Positions 58,571-64,000 of a stretch of 64,000 nt of DNA are shown here, one piece after another. The stretch is from an uncultured Gammaproteobacteria bacterium (GTDB lineage Bacteria; Patescibacteriota; Microgenomatia; Levybacterales; UBA12049), in the NCBI GenBank assembly GCA_964416505.1, contig CAYQEJ010000006.1:13827-77826 (forward strand), in the 5' to 3' direction. Numbering within the stretch: the stretch's first letter is position 1; each line of letters opens with the position of its first letter. Below the pieces are notes generated by a model. The model made no database searches and had not been told where the DNA came from. It saw only the letters and a program-made list of their open reading frames with translations. The position numbers and the translations under genes were made by a program.

Positions 58571-59041
58571 TTAAAGTGACTGTGCTACTGCAATTATCGG
58601 CTCTGGAGAATTTCCGGCTTTAAGCCATACAACCGGAGAAACTGGTCTCTCTTCAATTAAAAGACCAGAATCTGGTAAAGTAAGATAATTCACAACCCCT
58701 ACAGGATGCAAATCTTGCCTTATATGCGGAAATACCTCACTTAACCCTTCAATCAGTCCGGCAGTGCCTTCTGCGGATTGTGCAAACTGGAATCCTGGAA
58801 TAACGGGACCATTTGGAGTTGGAATTGAAAAAATAGCTCTTTCCGCAATCTTTGCATCGACCTCGCCCGGCCCTATATTTAGCAACCTTGCCACTTCAAT
58901 TGGACTCAAACCTGAGCCGATTAGCTGCCTAAGTTTTATCTGCGCATCCACTGAAGCCATTACTTCAGCAGAAACTGGCCCATCTACCGATAAACCAATT
59001 CTAGCTAATTCCTTTATCTGATCTTCACTTAGTCTCTCCAT
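58571..59041 (-). CDS. HTH protein resembling Rv2175c / Xre-MbcA-type antitoxins
   Basis: LSPIEVARLLNI, IPGFQF, YLTLPDSGL...SPVVWL. Confidence 0.6.
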   Translation of the reverse strand: MERLSEDQIKELARIGLSVDGPVSAEVMASVDAQIKLRQLIGSGLSPIEVARLLNIGPGEVDAKIAERAIFSIPTPNGPVIPGFQFAQSAEGTAGLIEGLSEVFPHIRQDLHPVGVVNYLTLPDSGLLIEERPVSPVVWLKAGNSPEPIIAVAQSL

Positions 59042-59095
59042 TGATTGGTAAGTCTATCACTATTTATTCTTATAATCAAAAGTTATAATAAAAAC

Positions 59096-59899
59096 ATGAT
59101 AGACGTTCATTGTCATTTAAATTTTAAATCTTTTACCCAAGATTATAGAGAAGTCATAAAAAAGGCAGAGGAAGACGGTATAGATTTTATAATTAACACT
59201 GGGACAAGTATTGAATCTAGCAAGCGCGCAGTTGAACTAGCAGAAGAATTTCCCAATCTGTATGCAATAATCGGGGTTCATCCTCACCATGCAGATAAAG
59301 TAAAAGATAATTTCGTAGATGAACTTGAAAAAATCGCTAAATCATCAAATAAGGTTGTTGGAGTTGGAGAAATTGGTTTGGACTATTTTTCTTATGCCTC
59401 GAATGGAATAGTTGAACCTAAACTTCAAAAGGAGGTTTTTATTTCTCAGTTAGAACTCGCGAATAAATTAAATCTTCCACTTCAGATTCACAATAGACAA
59501 GCGGGAAATGATATTTTAGAAATTTTAAATTCCCATAAAAATCTTATAAAACAAAATCCACCTGGAATGTTTCACTGTATGTCAGGAGATATTGATTTTC
59601 TTAAGAAGGTTTTGGAACTTGGATTCTATGTAGGATTTGACGGAAATATTACTTATGAAGGGATTGCAAAAGGCGAAAATACTCCCTTGCCTGAGCTTAT
59701 TAAGATTGCTCCAATCGAAAGAATAGTTACTGAAACAGACTCTCCGTATTTAACCCCTGAACCCTATAGGCGTAGTAGGAATGTGCCTTCCTATGTTATA
59801 ATTGTGGCTAGAACTATAGCTAAAATAAAAGCTATTTCGCAAGATTCCGTCCAACTTTCTACAGTTCAAAACGCAAAAAATATTTTCAAATTAATATGA
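59096..59899 (+). CDS. tatD: TatD-family nuclease
   Basis: MIDVHCHL, GVHPH, GEIGLDY, HNR, FHC, ETDSPYL; start reassigned. Confidence 0.95.
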   Translation: MIDVHCHLNFKSFTQDYREVIKKAEEDGIDFIINTGTSIESSKRAVELAEEFPNLYAIIGVHPHHADKVKDNFVDELEKIAKSSNKVVGVGEIGLDYFSYASNGIVEPKLQKEVFISQLELANKLNLPLQIHNRQAGNDILEILNSHKNLIKQNPPGMFHCMSGDIDFLKKVLELGFYVGFDGNITYEGIAKGENTPLPELIKIAPIERIVTETDSPYLTPEPYRRSRNVPSYVIIVARTIAKIKAISQDSVQLSTVQNAKNIFKLI

Positions 59900-61389
59900 C
59901 AGAATTTTTTAATATAATTTTTACACGCTACCCAGTAAAAACACATAGATCTCTCTTGGCACTACCTGGTATCATCTCCTGGACACTGATTCTTTTTCCA
60001 GTATGGGGCGCTATTTTTGTACCTTATATAGTTGCCTATTTTATACTTTTCTTCGACGTTTACTGGTTTTACAGATCATTTTCTTTAATGTTTACAGCAT
60101 ACATTGGATCTAAAAAAATAAAAGAAGCCGAAAAAGAAAATTGGTTAGAAAAAGCGCAAAAACATCCAGAGTTTAAAAAAATTAATCACATCATAATAGT
60201 ACCCAATTATAAAGAGACCGAGGAAAAACTTAGAAGAATCGTGGGAACAATTACGGCCCAAACTTTCCCTCTAGAAAGAATTCATGTAGTTTTAGCAATG
60301 GAAAAACGTGAAGAGGAAGGACGCAAAAAAGCAAACAAAATAATAAAGGAGTTTGAAAATATTTTCGGAGGAATATATGCAACATACCACCCAGATATTC
60401 CTGGTGAAGTAAAAGGAAAATCTTCAAATGAATCTTTTGCTGGAAAAGAAATAAACAAAATTCTTATTGATTCTAATCTAATAGATGTTAATTTCACGAC
60501 TGTTACTACAGCAGATGCAGACTCTATGTTCGACAGACAATATTTCTCTTACCTTGCTTACGACTTCTTAAGAGAAAATAAAAGATATAATAGATTCTGG
60601 CAATCAGCAAATGTTGATCATAATAATTTCTGGAGTGTTCCAGCTGCAAGCCGTGTATTTTCATTTTTCTCAAGTCTTCATAGAACCGGACTTTTAGTTC
60701 AGGGCGATCGATTAATTGCAACCTCTACTTATTCGCTCTCTTTTCTACTACTTAAAAGAATAGGTTATTGGGATACAGACGTTATTCCTGAAGATTATAG
60801 GGTTTATTTTAAAGCCTATTTTATGATGAAAGGTGATTTAGCTGCAAATCCAATCTTCCTGAAAACATCTATGGATTCTCCTCTTTCTCCCACATACATA
60901 GGTAGCTTAAAAAATAAATATTCCCAAATTAGACGTTGGTCTTATGGAGCGAGCGATGATCCAATATTTATAAAATGGTGGCTTACGGTTCCTGGAGTTC
61001 CATTCATAAGAAAAACAAAAATTCTTTTTCATGTTTTACTAGACCACTTCCTCTGGCCTGCCAACTGGTTTATTCTAACAATAGCAACAAGCGTAATCAC
61101 GCTACTTAATCCACAATTTTCAAGAACCTCATTAGGCTACAGTCTTCCAGTACTAGCAAGAATTATTCTAACTACTTCTCTCATAGCATTAGTTGTTATG
61201 ATAGTAATAGATTATAGAAATAGACCAAAACATTTAAGTAAATCAAGATTTAGAGAACTTATGTTTCCGTTAGAATTTATACTTATGCCAATTGCAGGAT
61301 TTTTTCTAAATTCTCTTCCTGCAATTATTTCACATACTCAACTTATGCTAGGGAAAAAAATGGAATACAAAGTGACTGAAAAATTATGA
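59896..61389 (+). CDS. membrane GT2 glycosyltransferase
   Basis: IVPNYKE, GKSSN, DADS, IPED, QIRRW; multiple TMs. Confidence 0.9.
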   Translation: MTEFFNIIFTRYPVKTHRSLLALPGIISWTLILFPVWGAIFVPYIVAYFILFFDVYWFYRSFSLMFTAYIGSKKIKEAEKENWLEKAQKHPEFKKINHIIIVPNYKETEEKLRRIVGTITAQTFPLERIHVVLAMEKREEEGRKKANKIIKEFENIFGGIYATYHPDIPGEVKGKSSNESFAGKEINKILIDSNLIDVNFTTVTTADADSMFDRQYFSYLAYDFLRENKRYNRFWQSANVDHNNFWSVPAASRVFSFFSSLHRTGLLVQGDRLIATSTYSLSFLLLKRIGYWDTDVIPEDYRVYFKAYFMMKGDLAANPIFLKTSMDSPLSPTYIGSLKNKYSQIRRWSYGASDDPIFIKWWLTVPGVPFIRKTKILFHVLLDHFLWPANWFILTIATSVITLLNPQFSRTSLGYSLPVLARIILTTSLIALVVMIVIDYRNRPKHLSKSRFRELMFPLEFILMPIAGFFLNSLPAIISHTQLMLGKKMEYKVTEKL

Positions 61390-62843
61390 AATTGATAACG
61401 CGACTTGAGAAAAGCGCATCTTTCTGGTTTCTTATAATTGCATCATTATTTTTCTTTCTTTTTCGCTGGCCTTCTCTTTTTGAACCTTATTGGTATGGAG
61501 ATGAAGGAATTTATCAAGCACTTGGAATTTTAATAAGAAATGGCGCTTCGTTATATTCAGAGGCTTGGGACAATAAACCTCCCCTTTTATATGTAATTTA
61601 TGCAATTTTCAATTCTGATCAGTTTGCTCTTCGTACGCTTTCTTTAATTTTTGGATTAGCTTCAGTTTGGGCCTTTTTCTTTACAGCAAGAAAACTTTTT
61701 CCAAAAACAAAATGGGCCACATATATTTCAACAGGAATTTACACATTTGCATTTGGAACAAGAATAGTAGAAGGAAATATTGCTAACGCAGAAAACTTTA
61801 TGCTTCTACCTATTATTACAAGCGCATATCTAATAGTGTCGGGAGAATTTGTAAAAAAAGCGTGGCATTTTAAATTTCATCTCCTAGCAGGATTTTTATT
61901 AAGCCTCGCTTTTCTTACAAAGATCGTAGCAGCATTTGATTTCCTTGCTCTACTTTTCTTTATATTAATTGATCATGAAAAAGATCTTAGCGATAAAATA
62001 AAACTTAGAACTATTCCATATATTATTGGATTTAGCGCTCCGATCCTTGTAACTCTTGGCTACTTTTTTGTAACAAATAATTTCAAAGACACGTTAAATG
62101 CATTCTTATTTAGCAATGTGGGATATGTTGGATACGGAAATCAATTTATAATTCCTCAAGGATTACTTTATATAAAAGCTGGACTTTTAGGAACTTTCTT
62201 AGCATTTCTTTTTTTCAAGAGAAAAAAAATTCCAAGAAATATTTTATTAGTTAGCGCATGGTTTTCTTTTTCTCTTTTCAGCGCATTTTTTGCTCAAAGA
62301 CCTTATACGCATTACATGATTATGCTTCTTCCGAGCTTTTCTTTAATGATTGCTGCAATTATAGAAGAAAGGAAAACAAGAATTTTCTTAATAATATTTT
62401 TAATTGCGGGATATATCGCTGTAATTAATACATTTAATTTAAAAGGAAAAATTATTCAACACTATACAAACCTCATTGCATTTTGCTCAAGCAAAAAAGA
62501 CGTTTCCAGCTATCAGTCTTTTTTCGACAGAAACACTCCAAGAGATTATGAGTTAGCAAGATATATAAAAGCAAACACCACCAAAGAAGACACAATTTTC
62601 ATTTGGGGAAACAATGCGCAAGTATACAAATTAGCAGAAAAAACTCCAATAATGAGATATACTGTCGCTTATCATATAACTAACTATCCTACGGGATTAA
62701 CTGAAATGGATATTGCTATAAAAACAAAAAAACCCAAATTTATTATTGTTATGCCGAATGCAGGAGATTATCCTCTTTCCTTAACAGATTATGATAAAAA
62801 AATAAATATTAGAGGAGCAGAAATTTATGAAAAAATATTTTGA
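61386..62843 (+). CDS. ArnT/PMT-like GT-C glycosyltransferase
   Basis: WYGDEGIY, WDNKPPL, NAENFM; many TMs. Confidence 0.85.
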   Translation: MKLITRLEKSASFWFLIIASLFFFLFRWPSLFEPYWYGDEGIYQALGILIRNGASLYSEAWDNKPPLLYVIYAIFNSDQFALRTLSLIFGLASVWAFFFTARKLFPKTKWATYISTGIYTFAFGTRIVEGNIANAENFMLLPIITSAYLIVSGEFVKKAWHFKFHLLAGFLLSLAFLTKIVAAFDFLALLFFILIDHEKDLSDKIKLRTIPYIIGFSAPILVTLGYFFVTNNFKDTLNAFLFSNVGYVGYGNQFIIPQGLLYIKAGLLGTFLAFLFFKRKKIPRNILLVSAWFSFSLFSAFFAQRPYTHYMIMLLPSFSLMIAAIIEERKTRIFLIIFLIAGYIAVINTFNLKGKIIQHYTNLIAFCSSKKDVSSYQSFFDRNTPRDYELARYIKANTTKEDTIFIWGNNAQVYKLAEKTPIMRYTVAYHITNYPTGLTEMDIAIKTKKPKFIIVMPNAGDYPLSLTDYDKKINIRGAEIYEKIF

Positions 62844-63180
62844 ATACATTAAAAAAGATAGGTTAATTTTCAGACTTTATATTATTTCTTTCCTATTCAT
62901 TTTAATCACAATTATTTTTATTGTTCTTACTTATTCAAAATTACCCCCTTTAATTCCCATGTATAATCAACTTCCATGGGGAGAAAATAGACTTAGCTCA
63001 ACCTTGGGAATATTTATTCCTTCAATAATAGTATTTGGAATGTTTGTGGCAAATATTGCTTTATCTGGATTAAGCTATTCACATTCTCCCCTAATTGCAA
63101 GATTGATTTCCGTAACTACATTTTTAATTATTATTCTTAATTCGCTTTTTATTTTTAGAACTATACTTTTAATAATCTGA
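62827..63180 (+). CDS. 3-TM membrane protein (DUF1648-like)
   Basis: LPPLIPMYNQLPWGE motif between TMs. Confidence 0.7.
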   Translation: MKKYFEYIKKDRLIFRLYIISFLFILITIIFIVLTYSKLPPLIPMYNQLPWGENRLSSTLGIFIPSIIVFGMFVANIALSGLSYSHSPLIARLISVTTFLIIILNSLFIFRTILLII

Positions 63181-64000
63181 TGGGGGATATTTTCAATATT
63201 CATATTTTTTTACCGTTTATTTTTGCGCTTATTTCAACAGCAATTTTTACTCCAATTTCAATTATTATCTTTAAAAAAATGGGCATCATAGATGACCCAA
63301 AAGTAAGACGGCATCCGGCTGTGATTCACTCAAAACCAATTCCCAGAGGAGGTGGAGTTCCTCTTTTTCTAGGAGCTCTTATCTCCGCATTTATTTTTCT
63401 CCCACATACAGCAATTACAAATACTATTTTCTTAGCATCATTTATATCTCTTATAGTTGGATTTATGGATGATAAGCTTGATATTTCTCCTTATGTTAGA
63501 TTTATAGTAAATATTTTTTGTGCAGTACTAGTAGTCGCATTTGGAGTTAGCGTAAATTTTATCACCAATCCGCTTGGAGGAATTTTATTCTTAAATGAAT
63601 TAAAAGTTCCATTTAGCATTCTTGGTATTTCTGGATTCATATCGCTTGCTCAAGTCGTTGCGGTTCTTTGGATTGTGTGGGTTATGAATATGCTTAACTG
63701 GAGTAAAGGTGTCGATGGGCAAATGCCAGGAATAGTCGCAATATCAGCAATATTTATCGGAATTCTTAGCTTAAGATTTGGACTGGGAGACTCCCTAACC
63801 CAGACAACAACAACTCTTTCTTTCATAATAGCTGGATGTGCTATTGGATTCTTAATATACAATTTTCATCCAGCAAAAATATTCCCTGGATACGGAGCAA
63901 CTTCTATTTATCTTCTACTTGCGGTAGTATCAATCCTTTCCAGCGCAAAACTAGCAACTGCAATTCTTGTAATGGGTGTCCCTCTTGCAGATGGAGCGTT
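63180..64000 (+). CDS. WecA/TagO/MraY-family polyprenyl-phosphate sugar-1-P transferase, truncated by the window end
   Basis: Manual translation: IIDDP...HSKPIPRGGG, GFMDD, NMLNWSKGVDG, YNFHPAKIFPG; TGATG overlap. Confidence 0.9.
   Translation, partial: MGDIFNIHIFLPFIFALISTAIFTPISIIIFKKMGIIDDPKVRRHPAVIHSKPIPRGGGVPLFLGALISAFIFLPHTAITNTIFLASFISLIVGFMDDKLDISPYVRFIVNIFCAVLVVAFGVSVNFITNPLGGILFLNELKVPFSILGISGFISLAQVVAVLWIVWVMNMLNWSKGVDGQMPGIVAISAIFIGILSLRFGLGDSLTQTTTTLSFIIAGCAIGFLIYNFHPAKIFPGYGATSIYLLLAVVSILSSAKLATAILVMGVPLADGA

Noticed and set aside
59096-59899. tatD as part of the Tat system
   Set aside because: TatD is a nuclease unrelated to transport; it lies in its usual metG neighbourhood over 20 kb from tatC
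1344-63862. Numerous 60-175 aa ORFs nested in or antisense to confident genes
   Set aside because: Shadow frames with no family motifs or independent expression signals

Overview
64 kb of AT-rich, gene-dense bacterial chromosome using the standard code. Shortened AlaS and IF2, AMP phosphorylase, sortase, a membrane-anchored Clp ATPase and many promoter-adjacent starts lacking Shine-Dalgarno sites point to a Patescibacteria/CPR genome, probably Microgenomates (inference). Core blocks: alaS to mltG, ftsK, nusA-infB-DHH-rpsO-pnp-lon(AAA only)-rnj, pyrD/pyrC, hrcA-grpE-dnaK with a CIRCE operator, glmS, dnaJ, metG, tatD and a surface-glycosylation cluster. Two candidates stand out. (1) An ~8.8 kb locus between pyrD and pyrC (33415-42186) encodes TatC, an un-called TatA, a polytopic membrane protein with an internal twin-arginine-like signal, three signal-less phage-fibre-like proteins, a repeat-built 1043-aa stalk, two SH3b proteins and a PrsW-like protease; it may be a dedicated Tat-dependent surface-fibre system. 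(2) A ~300-nt densely base-paired RNA with its own promoter and terminator lies at ~178-483. No tRNA, rRNA, CRISPR array, integrase or transposase was seen. All family calls come from motif recognition by eye, not database searches.
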